This document shows positions 47,803 to 58,350 of a DNA stretch of 64,000 nt, in pieces. The stretch is taken from assembly GCA_039810425.1 (NCBI GenBank), contig JBDHWW010000010.1:16575-80574 (forward strand). The letters run 5' to 3'. The stretch comes from Pseudobdellovibrionaceae bacterium. Its GTDB lineage: Bacteria; Bdellovibrionota; Bdellovibrionia; Bdellovibrionales; Bdellovibrionaceae. Position 1 is the stretch's first letter; every line of letters begins with the position of its first letter. The notes below the pieces were generated by a model that was not told where the DNA came from, ran no database searches, and was given only the letters and a program-made list of their open reading frames with translations. The translations under genes were made by a program, and so were the position numbers.

Positions 47803-49644
47803 ATGAAAACCAGTTTTTTGCTGATTGGGCCGTGGGAAGAACGCCTTGTCGATCTCGGAGCCCAAATTCTGCCCGATCTTTCACAGGCTCTCTTGTGGAG
47901 CCGGGACGCGCTCTGTGACGTGGTGGCATTGTCCATCACTTCGATCCTCGAAAAGAAGTTCGGCCAATTCTATCACCAAGTTCTAGAACACAACCCGGCA
48001 GCCCAATGGATCGCGGTGGTACCCAAAGACTTCGGACCTGAACAACTCGCCGATATTCACGAGCTCTATCCGCTCTTTCGCGTGATTTCTTCTTTTCAAG
48101 AAATTGATATTGAGGCGCATTTCTTTAGCGCACTTGAGGAAGTCAATCGCCAGAAGCAGGATAAGAACCTCGAAAAGCTTATTCGCGAGCAAAAAGAAAA
48201 GCTGGTTCGCCTGCAGGCGGAACTTGAAGAGCGCGTTGAAAAGCGCACGAAGTTTCTGACGGAAGCCCGCCGCAAACTTTATCAAACAAATGTCCGCATT
48301 GAGGGCCTTAAAAATGCGCTGATGGCCGTCCATAAAGCAGGCTCGCTTGTTGAAATTGAAAAGTTTTTGAATGAAGCAATGGCTTCAACGGTTCAGACTT
48401 CTTGGATCCGGATCTTCTTTGCGCCCCAGGATAATTTGTTTTCAGAGCAAGTCGAAACCAAGCTGAGTTTTACCCAGCAACGCGTACCGCTGTTCCGCCA
48501 GCATGACCGTATCGGCAGCATTTTCTTTATGCGTGCTCCAGATCGTCCGTTCTTGCGTGACGAGGTGGATTTTCTCAATCGCGTGGCCGAGGCCGTTTCT
48601 TTGGCGTTAGGACGCATTCAAAAGCTTGAAGAGTCCGAAGAGATCAAAAAACAATGGGAGACCACCTTTAACGCCGTTTCAGATCCTGTGGCCATCATTG
48701 ATAGCAATTATGATATCATTCAAGCGAACTCCACGATCACCAAACAGCGCGCTTCCGGCAGCGTGATCGCGAAGAAGTGCTACGAAGTTCTCTATGGGAG
48801 AGCCCAGCCTTGCGAGCACTGCCAGCGTGGCAAGACCTTTCGCTTGGACCATGACAACGGCAAAGCCACGAAGTCCTATGAGGTGTACAGCCAAAGTCTT
48901 TCGCTGGAACCACAAAAGCCGCCGGTTTTTGTCAACATCTATCACGACATCACTCAACGTCTGTCAATGGAAAAGCAATTGCTTGAAACCGCTAAGCTCG
49001 CGGAGCTTGGCACGATCGGCAGCAGCATTGCGCACGAACTTAACAACCCTCTCGGCGGAATTCTGTCCTTCACACAGCTGATAAAAATGGATCTGCCAAA
49101 AGATCATCCGATGTATCCGGACATCGTCGAAATGGAAGCGGGTGCTCTTCGTTGCAAGGATATTATTCAGAACCTTCTCGGCTTCACCCGAAATCCTAAT
49201 GTCGATGAGATTACCGATTTGGATCTCCGCGATGTGATCAAGCGCGCTTACAAAATCATGGAGCTGCAAATCAAGTCCCAAGCTATCGAAGTGACTTTGA
49301 ATTTGCCAGACCAACCTTGCGGCGCGCGCGGACACTTAAATTTGCTCTCACAAGCGATCAAAAATATTTTACAAATGGCGGTCGATTCTATCCATTCCCG
49401 CGCGAAAAAATCGCCTGCGGACTTTAAAGGACAGTTGGATTTGAGTTTGCAACTGACGACAGACAAGTATGTTATTTCGGTTAAAAATAACGGGATTAAG
49501 TATGAAAAAGAGAGTGCCGGCCTTGGCATTCCGGTGGCCTCGCAAATCGTCGAGGACCATGGCGGTAAGTTGGAAATTTCTTCCTCGACTAACTTCGAGA
49601 CTTTGGCAAAAATTTCCTTCCCTCGTCCAGTTTTAAGGTCCTGA
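47803..49644 (+). CDS. Cytoplasmic sensor histidine kinase (coiled coil, GAF/PAS-like, HisKA, atypical HATPase)
   Basis: AHELNNPL H-box; WETTFNAVSDP PAS start with CxxC; degenerate N and G1 boxes. Confidence 0.88.
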   Translation: MKTSFLLIGPWEERLVDLGAQILPDLSQALLWSRDALCDVVALSITSILEKKFGQFYHQVLEHNPAAQWIAVVPKDFGPEQLADIHELYPLFRVISSFQEIDIEAHFFSALEEVNRQKQDKNLEKLIREQKEKLVRLQAELEERVEKRTKFLTEARRKLYQTNVRIEGLKNALMAVHKAGSLVEIEKFLNEAMASTVQTSWIRIFFAPQDNLFSEQVETKLSFTQQRVPLFRQHDRIGSIFFMRAPDRPFLRDEVDFLNRVAEAVSLALGRIQKLEESEEIKKQWETTFNAVSDPVAIIDSNYDIIQANSTITKQRASGSVIAKKCYEVLYGRAQPCEHCQRGKTFRLDHDNGKATKSYEVYSQSLSLEPQKPPVFVNIYHDITQRLSMEKQLLETAKLAELGTIGSSIAHELNNPLGGILSFTQLIKMDLPKDHPMYPDIVEMEAGALRCKDIIQNLLGFTRNPNVDEITDLDLRDVIKRAYKIMELQIKSQAIEVTLNLPDQPCGARGHLNLLSQAIKNILQMAVDSIHSRAKKSPADFKGQLDLSLQLTTDKYVISVKNNGIKYEKESAGLGIPVASQIVEDHGGKLEISSSTNFETLAKISFPRPVLRS

Positions 49645-49734
49645 AACGCGGCGCCCATGCGGATTTTTTGACAGTCCTGTCAGAAATCATCTACTCTAAG
49701 AATGTAACGAGAACCCACCAAGGAAGGAAGGTTC

Positions 49735-51138
49735 ATGCGCACTCATCGCGTGCTTATTCTGGATGATGAATCAAGCTTACGTACTGCTCTCTTTAGGGTG
49801 TTAGACAGAAAAGGACTTAATGTCATCACCGCAAACCGCATTGAAGAGGCAAAACTGCTCTGCCAAGGTGACACGGCGATTGATCTCGCGATCGTCGATT
49901 TGAATCTTCCCGACGGTGACGGCATCGAGTTCATGTCGTTCTTGAAATCCCTGTATCCTGCGATCGAAGTTGTGATCCTCACAGGTCACGCGACGATTGA
50001 GGCCGCCGTTCGCGCGACTCAAAAAGGGGCCTTTCATTTTGTCACGAAGCCTTTCAATTTGGATGAGCTCATCAGCCTCGTGGACAGGGCGTTGGCACAC
50101 AAACACTTGCAACAAGAAAACCAACAGCTACGCAGTGAGCTCAATCGCAAATACAAATTCGACCAAATCATCGGCACAAGTGAGCAAATTCAAGACGTTC
50201 TTCGCTTGGTTGAGCGCGTGGCAGATTCTGATTCCACCGTGCTTGTGCACGGTGAAACAGGCACCGGTAAAGAATTGATCGCTCGCGCGATTCATTACAA
50301 CTCTCCACGTGCGACCGGGCCTTTTATTCCTATTAACTGTGGCGCAATTCCTGGGGAACTTCTGGAGAGCGAACTCTTTGGCCATGTCAAAGGTGCTTTC
50401 ACCGGTGCCATTGCCAATCGGGTCGGCCGTTTTGAAATGGCGGATGAGGGAACAATCTTCCTCGATGAGATCGGCGATATGGATCCGACTTTGCAAGTGA
50501 AGCTCCTCCGCGCCCTTCAAGAAAAAAGCTTTGAACCCGTGGGCAGCACGAAAACTGTTCAAGTCAATGTCCGCGTGATTGCGGCAACGAATGTGAATCT
50601 CGAGGAAGCCGTTGAGACCGGAAAGTTCCGTGAAGACTTGTACTACCGCCTCAACGTGATTCCTATTAACATCCCGGCCCTCCGTGAACGCAAGAGTGAC
50701 ATTCCGTTGCTGCTGAAGCACTTTATGGATACTTTTAGCAAGACCAAGGGGCGCGGCCTGAGCGGCTTTTCTGAAGAAGCCCTCGATTGCCTTGTTCACT
50801 ATCCATGGCCGGGCAATATCCGCGAGTTGGAAAACCTCATGGAACGTATGACGATTCTCAAAGGCCAAGGCCAATTAGAAGTCGTCGACCTCCCGCTCAA
50901 ATACAAAGCGGGCAAAGCGATTGCTCAGGAAGTGGGTGTCGTCGATATTCCAGAGGCCGGTTTGGATTTCAATACGGCGGTTGATACTTACGAAAATGCT
51001 CTAATCCTCAGGGCTCTTGAAAAGACTGGCTGGAACCGCAACCAGGCCGCGATGTTGCTCAAGCTCAATCGCACGACCCTCGTCGAGAAGATCAAGAAAA
51101 AAGGTCTTCGCCCGCCGGATGGAACAATCGAAGTCTAA
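49735..51138 (+). CDS. sigma54-dependent NtrC-family response regulator
   Basis: Receiver [28 protein letters not shown], Fis-type HTH. Confidence 0.97.
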   Translation: MRTHRVLILDDESSLRTALFRVLDRKGLNVITANRIEEAKLLCQGDTAIDLAIVDLNLPDGDGIEFMSFLKSLYPAIEVVILTGHATIEAAVRATQKGAFHFVTKPFNLDELISLVDRALAHKHLQQENQQLRSELNRKYKFDQIIGTSEQIQDVLRLVERVADSDSTVLVHGETGTGKELIARAIHYNSPRATGPFIPINCGAIPGELLESELFGHVKGAFTGAIANRVGRFEMADEGTIFLDEIGDMDPTLQVKLLRALQEKSFEPVGSTKTVQVNVRVIAATNVNLEEAVETGKFREDLYYRLNVIPINIPALRERKSDIPLLLKHFMDTFSKTKGRGLSGFSEEALDCLVHYPWPGNIRELENLMERMTILKGQGQLEVVDLPLKYKAGKAIAQEVGVVDIPEAGLDFNTAVDTYENALILRALEKTGWNRNQAAMLLKLNRTTLVEKIKKKGLRPPDGTIEV

Positions 51139-51153
51139 TGGATAAATGTCGAT

Positions 51154-51198
51154 AAAAAATAAAAAAGGCCTGGAGAAATCCAAGCCTTTTTATTTTTT
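51154..51198. terminator. Bidirectional terminator
   Basis: AAAAAATAAAAAAGGC-CTGGA-GAAA-TCCAA-GCCTTTTTATTTTTT. Confidence 0.8.
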
Positions 51199-51213
51199 AA
51201 ACTTAAATGGATC

Positions 51214-51588
51214 CTAGCGGCAGTTATCAGAGCTGGCGCCTAAGATGCCGTTCTGAGGGAACAACATATAATCGACACCTGAGAATCCTTTAGCGATCTG
51301 AAGTGTCGTCGTTCCTTGAGGCGAGCGGATTACATACTGCGTAGCTTGGACCACTTTTTCTCCGGCAATGATAGATGCGCGCTTCAAGTCCGCACCTCTC
51401 GCTGAGACTACCGTATAAGGTAGTTCCTCTCCGTCGACGATCATTGTCGCTTGTGAGCCATCTACACGAAACTCCGTCGTGTAAACTTGCCCTTCACGGC
51501 CTACACTGCAAACTTTCACATCCTGTGTAAGAGCGAATGCAGACGATGTACCGAGCAACATAGCCAGGGAAACAACCATGTTTTTCAT
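51214..51588 (-). CDS. Small secreted hypothetical protein
   Basis: MKNMVVSLAMLLGTSSAFA signal peptide; GGAGG SD; two Cys near the termini. Confidence 0.8.
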   Translation of the reverse strand: MKNMVVSLAMLLGTSSAFALTQDVKVCSVGREGQVYTTEFRVDGSQATMIVDGEELPYTVVSARGADLKRASIIAGEKVVQATQYVIRSPQGTTTLQIAKGFSGVDYMLFPQNGILGASSDNCR

Positions 51589-51631
51589 AAAGCCTCCGAA
51601 CAAAAAATATTAAAAGTCGATTATCTATGAA

Positions 51632-51647
51632 AGCAATCCATAGACCA
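51632..51647 (-). promoter_or_regulatory. Putative sigma54 promoter
   Basis: TGGTCTATGGATTGCT, GG-N10-GC. Confidence 0.55.
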
Positions 51648-51854
51648 ATCGGAACGACGCTGGAGAGTGATTTAATACGACCTAACAACCCTCTACCCCG
51701 TCAAAGGCCGCCGTAAAAAGTCCCCTGTCAAAGGCTTAAACACCCAAAGACTTCCAAAATTTTCAAGACTATTGTGGAGCTGTCCCGGCAGTGATAGATT
51801 ATGTTTTCAAATTTCAACCCGGTTAATAACGACTCATCAAAAAGGACTATAAAG

Positions 51855-52112
51855 ATGAAATCCCTCCTTATGTTAGCAGTAATGGTTTCCGCTCCCGCAA
51901 TGGCATTGACGCTCGGAGATGACACTGTAGAAGCTCCGGTTTATTACCTTTCTTGGTGCGATGGCAACAACGTTATTTCTGAAGATGCTCAAAGCCAATT
52001 GTATGTAAAAGCGGTCTGCAAACAACAGACTGAAGAGTGCCGTTTGACTAAAAAACCTTTAGGCCAGGGCTCCGCGATCTCCGCGACTTGCGTTCTTAAG
52101 AAATCATTCTAA
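51855..52112 (+). CDS. Small secreted 4-Cys hypothetical protein
   Basis: MKSLLMLAVMVSAPAMA signal peptide; AAGGA SD. Confidence 0.75.
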   Translation: MKSLLMLAVMVSAPAMALTLGDDTVEAPVYYLSWCDGNNVISEDAQSQLYVKAVCKQQTEECRLTKKPLGQGSAISATCVLKKSF

Positions 52113-52215
52113 AAAAGCAAACGAACTCTGTCTCACCGGACCGGAAACGGTCATTGGAGTTCTCATCGAGATGCCATTGCAGAGGCCCCCGGAAGGGCCA
52201 AAGACTTTGGCCCGG

Positions 52216-53154
52216 TTACTTTTTATTCCCTGCCATCATACAGAGAAATTCAAACATCACGTCAACACCGATCAGGGACGTCATTCCGCAGTGATCAAAC
52301 GGCGGAGAAATCTCGACCACGTCCCCGCCAACAAGATTTGGAATCCTCAAAGCACGCAAGATGCGCTGAGCCTCGTAGCTCGTCATTCCACCTGGGACCG
52401 GAGTCCCCGTTCCTGGGGCGTAAGCGGGATCCAAACAATCCACATCGAAGCTGATATAAGTGGGAGTGTCATCACACACCGGAAGCTGCTTCACGAACTC
52501 ACTCATTGGTAGCTCACGGATATCGTCCATCGTAAAAACACGGATGCCGTTGTCGCGAACGAAGTTCAAATCATCGCCCCCGGCAAGAGGACCGCGAATT
52601 CCGATCTGAATCATCTTACGCGAATCGACCAGCCCTTCTTCCACCGCGTGACGGGCGAAAGCGCCGTGATGGTATTCACAGCCCCATGCCGCGGGATAGG
52701 TATCTAAATGCGCATCGAAGTGAATAAACTGAAGAGGCTTGCCGTAGTGCTTGCGCAGAGCCCTTAAGACCGGAAGGGTCGTTGAATGATCTCCGCCACA
52801 TGCGATGAACTTCTTATTCTTCGAAAGAACATGGCCGACGAACTTCTCGATATTTGCGTAGGTCTGACCTTGATCAATAGGAACCGTCGAGCAATCACCG
52901 ATATCAGCGACTTTTAATTTTTCAATCCAGTTAAGTTCCCGGCTCATATGAAAGCCACGACCAAGACTCGACATCTCACGCACCTCCGTCGGCGCAAAAC
53001 GTGGGCCCGGGCGATAAGAAACGCCGCCATCGTAAGGAATACCGAAAATACCCACTTCATAGTCTGCGTCGACAGGCACATGGGGCAATCTGAAAAATGT
53101 TTTAATGCCTGAAAAACGCGGAAATTCACGACCACTGAGCGGTTTATATTCCAT
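52216..53154 (-). CDS. speB: Agmatinase
   Basis: GGDHS, DAHLD, SFDVDCLDP.YAPGTGTP. Confidence 0.93.
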   Translation of the reverse strand: MEYKPLSGREFPRFSGIKTFFRLPHVPVDADYEVGIFGIPYDGGVSYRPGPRFAPTEVREMSSLGRGFHMSRELNWIEKLKVADIGDCSTVPIDQGQTYANIEKFVGHVLSKNKKFIACGGDHSTTLPVLRALRKHYGKPLQFIHFDAHLDTYPAAWGCEYHHGAFARHAVEEGLVDSRKMIQIGIRGPLAGGDDLNFVRDNGIRVFTMDDIRELPMSEFVKQLPVCDDTPTYISFDVDCLDPAYAPGTGTPVPGGMTSYEAQRILRALRIPNLVGGDVVEISPPFDHCGMTSLIGVDVMFEFLCMMAGNKK

Positions 53155-53247
53155 GCTGAAACTCCCCTTTTAGCACTACGGCTAGGCACTGATTATCTGA
53201 CAAAAAGCATTTGGAAACAATGGCTTTATACTCTAGGATCTCGCCTT

Positions 53248-54240
53248 ATGACGACTATGACGGACCACAAAAAACTTCTACGCTGGTACCAGGAAAACAA
53301 ACGCGATTTACCTTGGCGTCGCAGCAAGGATGCTTATCGTATTTGGATCTCCGAAGTGATGCTGCAACAAACCACGGTTGTTGCAGTGATTCCTTATTAT
53401 GAGAAGTTTTTAAAGCGCTTCCCCGCCGTTGGAGTGTTGGCCCAATCTCCTGAATCTGACGTGCTTGAGGCGTGGGCCGGCCTCGGCTATTACTCACGTG
53501 CGCGCAATCTTCATAAAGCGGCCAAAGCTATCGTCAAAAATGGCTTTCCAAAAACTGCAGCGGGCCTTCTTGAACTGCCAGGGTTCGGCCCGTATACGTC
53601 CCGCGCAGTTGCAAGTATTGCCTATGATGAAGCCGTTGGTGTTCTTGATGGCAACGTGATTCGCGTATTATCGCGCAAGTATGGCAAGAAACTCGAGTGG
53701 TGGAATTCCGCCGCCCGCAATGAGTTGCAGAAAATATCGGACGTCTTGGCTGAAGCCGGTTCGCCGGCAGAGGTCAATCAAGCATTGATGGAGTTGGGTG
53801 CGACGGTGTGCACCCCACAAAAAGTTAGCTGTCTGTTGTGCCCATGGAGTTCTGACTGCGTCGCTCGCGAAAAAAATCTGATTGAAAAATTACCTCTGAA
53901 AAAACCAAGAAAAGAAAGTGAAGTATGGGTATGGCAGCCCGAAGTCCATATCCGGAAAAGTAAATCCTCACTTCAGGTGGCTTTGGTCCAAAACAATTAT
54001 GCGCCTTTCTTAAAAGGCCAGTGGATTTTCCCGGGAAAAGTCCTGACTCAAGAAAAAAAACCGGAAATCTTTGATGTTAAACACTTTATCACTCATCATG
54101 ATATTTACATTCAGATTAAAAAAGATACGCACACCCCGAAGTCTACAAAAACAACTCAGTGGGTGGAACTCCGAAATCTGAAACAAGTGAATCCTTCGAG
54201 CTTATTAACGAAAGTTTTAAAAAAAGTGGAGACCTTGTGA
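53248..54240 (+). CDS. mutY: A/G-specific adenine glycosylase
   Basis: WISEVMLQQT, WAGLGYYSRARN, LDGNVIRV, C-x6-C-x2-C-x5-C Fe-S motif. Confidence 0.96.
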   Translation: MTTMTDHKKLLRWYQENKRDLPWRRSKDAYRIWISEVMLQQTTVVAVIPYYEKFLKRFPAVGVLAQSPESDVLEAWAGLGYYSRARNLHKAAKAIVKNGFPKTAAGLLELPGFGPYTSRAVASIAYDEAVGVLDGNVIRVLSRKYGKKLEWWNSAARNELQKISDVLAEAGSPAEVNQALMELGATVCTPQKVSCLLCPWSSDCVAREKNLIEKLPLKKPRKESEVWVWQPEVHIRKSKSSLQVALVQNNYAPFLKGQWIFPGKVLTQEKKPEIFDVKHFITHHDIYIQIKKDTHTPKSTKTTQWVELRNLKQVNPSSLLTKVLKKVETL

Positions 54241-55244
54241 GATTTTTCTTTTTGACTGGATTGTGCATGGCCCTTCTCGCCTGCCAATCCAAAACCAAAA
54301 AGCCAGAACTTCCGACGGAAGTTGATTACCTGCAGGGTAAAGATGCCAGCGTGGTGTTGTCACAAGGTTTTAATCGTTCGGCGGTGTTTTCTCCGGATGG
54401 CGAAAAAATTTATTATATCAGTAAAAATCGCAAGGATCACAAAAACACTCAGGTTCATGAATACGATCTGACAATGCAACGTGATCGGCGCGTGACTTTT
54501 CAGGACGGCGAAGTGCTCGAGGTATTTCCTTTGGAAAAGGATCAAATCTTGTATTCATCGACGACCGATGAAATCAAAGAGCAGCCATTTGCCGTGGATA
54601 CAGATCCTCGGTATCCAAAATCGGAGATCTATCACAGTGATCCCTACGGTAACGACATTGGCCGCCTGACAAACTCTCCGGGGTTTGATGGTGAAATGCT
54701 CTATGTGCCGGCGAAGAAACAAATGCTCTTCACATCGACGCGCAAGGAAACTCCCGGACTATATTGGCTAGACCTGGATACAGATAAGGTGATTATTTTT
54801 CAGTTCGACAAAGCTCGTCCGCAACGAAGCGCCTCGCTGGCTCCGGATAGCAAGACTTTGTACTGGGTGGAAGAGGATCTCATTGATAAGACTCAAAATA
54901 TTGTGACGAGCACGGTGTGGGGCAAGAACCGTGCGGTGGTTCGTAACCTGAAGGGCGTTATTCACAGTGTGGTGTTGAACAAGAAAAACGAACTGGTGTA
55001 CAGCTGGACCCCCGAGGGGGCTGAGTACAGTCAGATTGATCTGTACGAGGAAGCCAGGCTCTGCACCCAGACCCTTTTAAAAAACAAACTCAACTTTTCC
55101 GAGATGCAGTTTTCAGTGAAAAATCCAAATCTTATGCTTTTTCGCGTGGCGGGGGCTGACAAGAGCCAGGTTTATCGTTGGGATTTGCCGGTAGATCTTG
55201 GCCCTTGCAATGAGCAAGCACCGCAAGATACACTGAAAAAGTGA
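54237..55244 (+). CDS. TolB-like beta-propeller lipoprotein
   Basis: GTG start, LLAC lipobox, FSPDGEKI and RLTNSPGFD PD40-like repeats. Confidence 0.8.
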   Translation: MRFFFLTGLCMALLACQSKTKKPELPTEVDYLQGKDASVVLSQGFNRSAVFSPDGEKIYYISKNRKDHKNTQVHEYDLTMQRDRRVTFQDGEVLEVFPLEKDQILYSSTTDEIKEQPFAVDTDPRYPKSEIYHSDPYGNDIGRLTNSPGFDGEMLYVPAKKQMLFTSTRKETPGLYWLDLDTDKVIIFQFDKARPQRSASLAPDSKTLYWVEEDLIDKTQNIVTSTVWGKNRAVVRNLKGVIHSVVLNKKNELVYSWTPEGAEYSQIDLYEEARLCTQTLLKNKLNFSEMQFSVKNPNLMLFRVAGADKSQVYRWDLPVDLGPCNEQAPQDTLKK

Positions 55245-55786
55245 AATACCCAATCATCGGTCTTATCTTTTTGATGGCGAAAGTAGCGGTGGCAGCACCT
55301 CATCCTGCGACCAGCACTTCTGTATTAACCAACCCACAGCAAGGTCTTTACTTCCAGAGTCAGGGTTTTAATCTGCGCACTTTGGGCACGGACTGGTTAC
55401 CAACTCCGCAAAATAAGGATTCGATGTTCGAGGCGGTGCGTTTCACTCCGAAGGGTTCGGTCGAATCGACGGCATCGCTCTCTGTTCGCACTGACACTTT
55501 ATCGAAGCAGGGCACCTTAGAAAGCTACGCAAAGAAATGGATGCGCGATTATCCGAGCTACGGCTTTGAAGTTTTGGGCGCAAAATCTTTCGCGGTTTCT
55601 GGCAGTCCGGGCCTTGTCGTCGACATGGTTCAACGAAGTAAGAGCAAACAAATCCGCCAAGTGATTCTGCAACGGGGTCAGCAAGTGGCGATCCTGACCT
55701 GCTTGGATAATCAAACGAACTTCCAGAAGACTCTCACCAGTTGCAATCAGTTGGTAAAAAACTTTGAGTGGAATAAGAAGAACTAG
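55241..55786 (+). CDS. Secreted hypothetical protein, possibly PsbP/DcrB-like fold
   Basis: Signal peptide; overlaps the upstream stop (GTGA). Confidence 0.7.
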   Translation: MKYPIIGLIFLMAKVAVAAPHPATSTSVLTNPQQGLYFQSQGFNLRTLGTDWLPTPQNKDSMFEAVRFTPKGSVESTASLSVRTDTLSKQGTLESYAKKWMRDYPSYGFEVLGAKSFAVSGSPGLVVDMVQRSKSKQIRQVILQRGQQVAILTCLDNQTNFQKTLTSCNQLVKNFEWNKKN

Positions 55787-55828
55787 TTTCATCCGATGGA
55801 CCGGGAACTTGGATCATAAGAGCACCGC

Positions 55829-57814
55829 CTATGCATTGTTTAGCAAATCGCCATGAATCTCATGAATCAAAGCGGCCCTGTTTTGGACTTTCGTTGATGG
55901 ACATTGTTGTAGTTTTCTGACTTCCAGGTACAAGTCTTTAAAAAAGGATGTGGTTCGAAAAAAAGTTAAATCTTTTCGCGAGTAGTAACTAAAAAGCTTA
56001 TCCACGACATACAAACCGCTCAGGATTTCGTTTTCGCTTTCTGAACGCAAAAACCTCCGTAAATTCTTTTCTACTTCTGAGTTCATTTCTGCTTTCCCAA
56101 GAATCAGTAAGGCGTTTGCGCGCGTTCGATTGTCGTTTGCTGAAAGCATTTTGCGGGCGTCTTCTTGGGATTCCTTCAGTTCGCCAAGAGCCTCTAAAGT
56201 ATTGGCTCGAACGCGGGCGTTTTCAAACTTTAAGTAATCGCGAAGGGCTATTTCGACATTGGCAATATCTTCGGTTGTTGGAGTCAGTTTTAAAATGAGC
56301 ATAATTAATGAGGCCACGATTTCCGGGGACTCTGTCCGACTTGTCGCTTTTTTGAGTAATTCCAAGGTGCTTTGACTATGAGTTTTAGATTTATTAATAA
56401 GCTTTACATCCTTAAGTGCTTTATAAAAGACCCAGAAATGATTTTCACTCCAATTGCTATTTAAAGCCTCTAGCTGAATCGAAATTTCTTCATTAGATAA
56501 GAAGTATTTCACTTTATCAGCATCGAAAGATGTCTTTTTTAAATCCGCAATAAAGACAATCTTCTTTAGCCCCAGCCCTTGCAAATCGAACTCTTCCACT
56601 TCGAAAGTGGCGCACAAGAAATCACTTCCCTCGAAATCTTTCTGAGGAAGTGCAACTATATACTCTTTAAGGTTTCGCTCTTTAAATGTTCCAATGCAAC
56701 GTTTCGAAATAATATGAGCATTGCCTTTAAGTTTGTACTTACCATCCTCCTTTATGAAAAGGAGATCATCATACGAATATGCTGCCTTAAATTTGAAGTC
56801 GACACCATATTCTGTTTTGAGAGATTTCGCATGTTCTTTGCCAATCTCAAACATCCCCCGAATCACCGAAATACCAAGTCGCACGGATTCGGCGGGGTCT
56901 TCAGAGCGCAAATAAAACACCCGCTCGTCTCCTTCATCAGCAACTTCGTAAAAACCATAACGTTGTGCCACTTCGCGAAACTCTGAAAAAATAGGCGACA
57001 ACATCGAGTCCACTTTGACTTGCCCAAGCTCCTGGCAAAGTTTTGAGTACTGATTCAGGTCAATACGAATAATCGCACCATGGAATGTAGTACGATCTTT
57101 TGTCCCTCTCCCCAGCTCGATCTCGACACCATCGGGAACTTCGAGTTCGATCTTTTGGCGAGTTAAGTTGGAGGCATGCAGGAAGAGATCTTTAAGCAGC
57201 TTTCCTTCAGATGTCAGAGGATTCATTTTTTCGAAATCTTCACGCCGCCCCTGTTTTATCATGCGAATTTGGCGGAAGTACTCTCGCAGCACTAAACCCG
57301 TAATGGCAAAAAATAGAATCGCCGTATCTTGGATGTTGTGCGAGAGGATTCGCCAGATTTCAGCCATCGAAAGTTTCGATGTGTCTGCAGGAAAATATCC
57401 GAGGACATAGTCGTAGGCTCCGGCCTTTTCACGGTACAAGTAAAAAGTATTCGTTGCAGTTTTGATTTCGTAGTTGCGTGCATTTGCGGGAATTGAATTT
57501 ATGTCAAACGTACCAATGTTCGAGGACTCGGTCAGAGGTTGACCTTTTTTCAACACCACGAAGAAGTCAAAAAAGTTGCTGGAGTAGTTTGCATCAATCA
57601 GAGTCAGAGCGGCCTCTTCTTGACCTTGCTCGAAGAGTTTTTGTAGGTGACCCAAGCTCGCATCAATCATGCGCTGTTGGAACTCCATATTTTCGGCCGA
57701 TTTGCCACGCACATCTTTGTAATAATTAAATAGATTCCAGCTGCTCATCGTAATCATGAGCACAATCAAAAGTAGATAAGTTATCGAAATCGATTTTCGA
57801 TTTAAAAAAATCAA
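55829..57814 (-). CDS. Membrane protein with class III nucleotidyl cyclase-like domain and HEAT repeats
   Basis: Two TM helices; RIDLNQYS and EGDE metal-Asp motifs; RVRANTLEAL and RTRANALLIL HEAT repeats; TTG start. Confidence 0.75.
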   Translation of the reverse strand: MIFLNRKSISITYLLLIVLMITMSSWNLFNYYKDVRGKSAENMEFQQRMIDASLGHLQKLFEQGQEEAALTLIDANYSSNFFDFFVVLKKGQPLTESSNIGTFDINSIPANARNYEIKTATNTFYLYREKAGAYDYVLGYFPADTSKLSMAEIWRILSHNIQDTAILFFAITGLVLREYFRQIRMIKQGRREDFEKMNPLTSEGKLLKDLFLHASNLTRQKIELEVPDGVEIELGRGTKDRTTFHGAIIRIDLNQYSKLCQELGQVKVDSMLSPIFSEFREVAQRYGFYEVADEGDERVFYLRSEDPAESVRLGISVIRGMFEIGKEHAKSLKTEYGVDFKFKAAYSYDDLLFIKEDGKYKLKGNAHIISKRCIGTFKERNLKEYIVALPQKDFEGSDFLCATFEVEEFDLQGLGLKKIVFIADLKKTSFDADKVKYFLSNEEISIQLEALNSNWSENHFWVFYKALKDVKLINKSKTHSQSTLELLKKATSRTESPEIVASLIMLILKLTPTTEDIANVEIALRDYLKFENARVRANTLEALGELKESQEDARKMLSANDNRTRANALLILGKAEMNSEVEKNLRRFLRSESENEILSGLYVVDKLFSYYSRKDLTFFRTTSFFKDLYLEVRKLQQCPSTKVQNRAALIHEIHGDLLNNA

Positions 57815-57904
57815 ATGTGGTCCCGTCGTAATGGCTTATTTTATCTCGCCCATCTACACGAGCCAATGCACCTTACAAACTCCACGACGAAGGTAAAGGA
57901 GAAT

Positions 57905-58069
57905 ATGCGAACCTTTTTAGTCCTTCTAGTTTTAGAAGTTATCTATCGATTACTGAAACTGATCGGGTATAAATACCAAAGCCGAGTAACTATTGCGTTA
58001 GCTTACAAAGCGCACTTGGTCGTCCTAAGGTGGCCCTTGATCATCAAGGTTGCCGAGCTTGTGCGATAG
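57905..58069 (+). CDS. Small hydrophobic peptide, type I toxin-like
   Basis: AAGGAG SD; MRTFLVLLVLEVIYRLLKLIG...; paralogous to the 61450-61571 peptide. Confidence 0.5.
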   Translation: MRTFLVLLVLEVIYRLLKLIGYKYQSRVTIALAYKAHLVVLRWPLIIKVAELVR

Positions 58070-58350
58070 AAAGAGATACCAATTTGTCCTCTTTAGCTAT
58101 GACTTCGATCCTATCAAGTCCAGGATACTTCCCCTTTAATATTCGAGACTCTTCAGCACCAGATGGCATTTCGCGTATCCCAAAGCGAGACGCTCGATCC
58201 TTGCCTTCAATCATCCAATGCTTCCAAAAAGGGGCACCGAGAGCCATTTTTGGGTGTCTCATTTTTAGAAAATGCCCATAAAAATCAGTATATTGGAACT
58301 CATCCTGGCTCAGATCTTGGAATAACCAATATACAAGAGGGGCCTCCACC

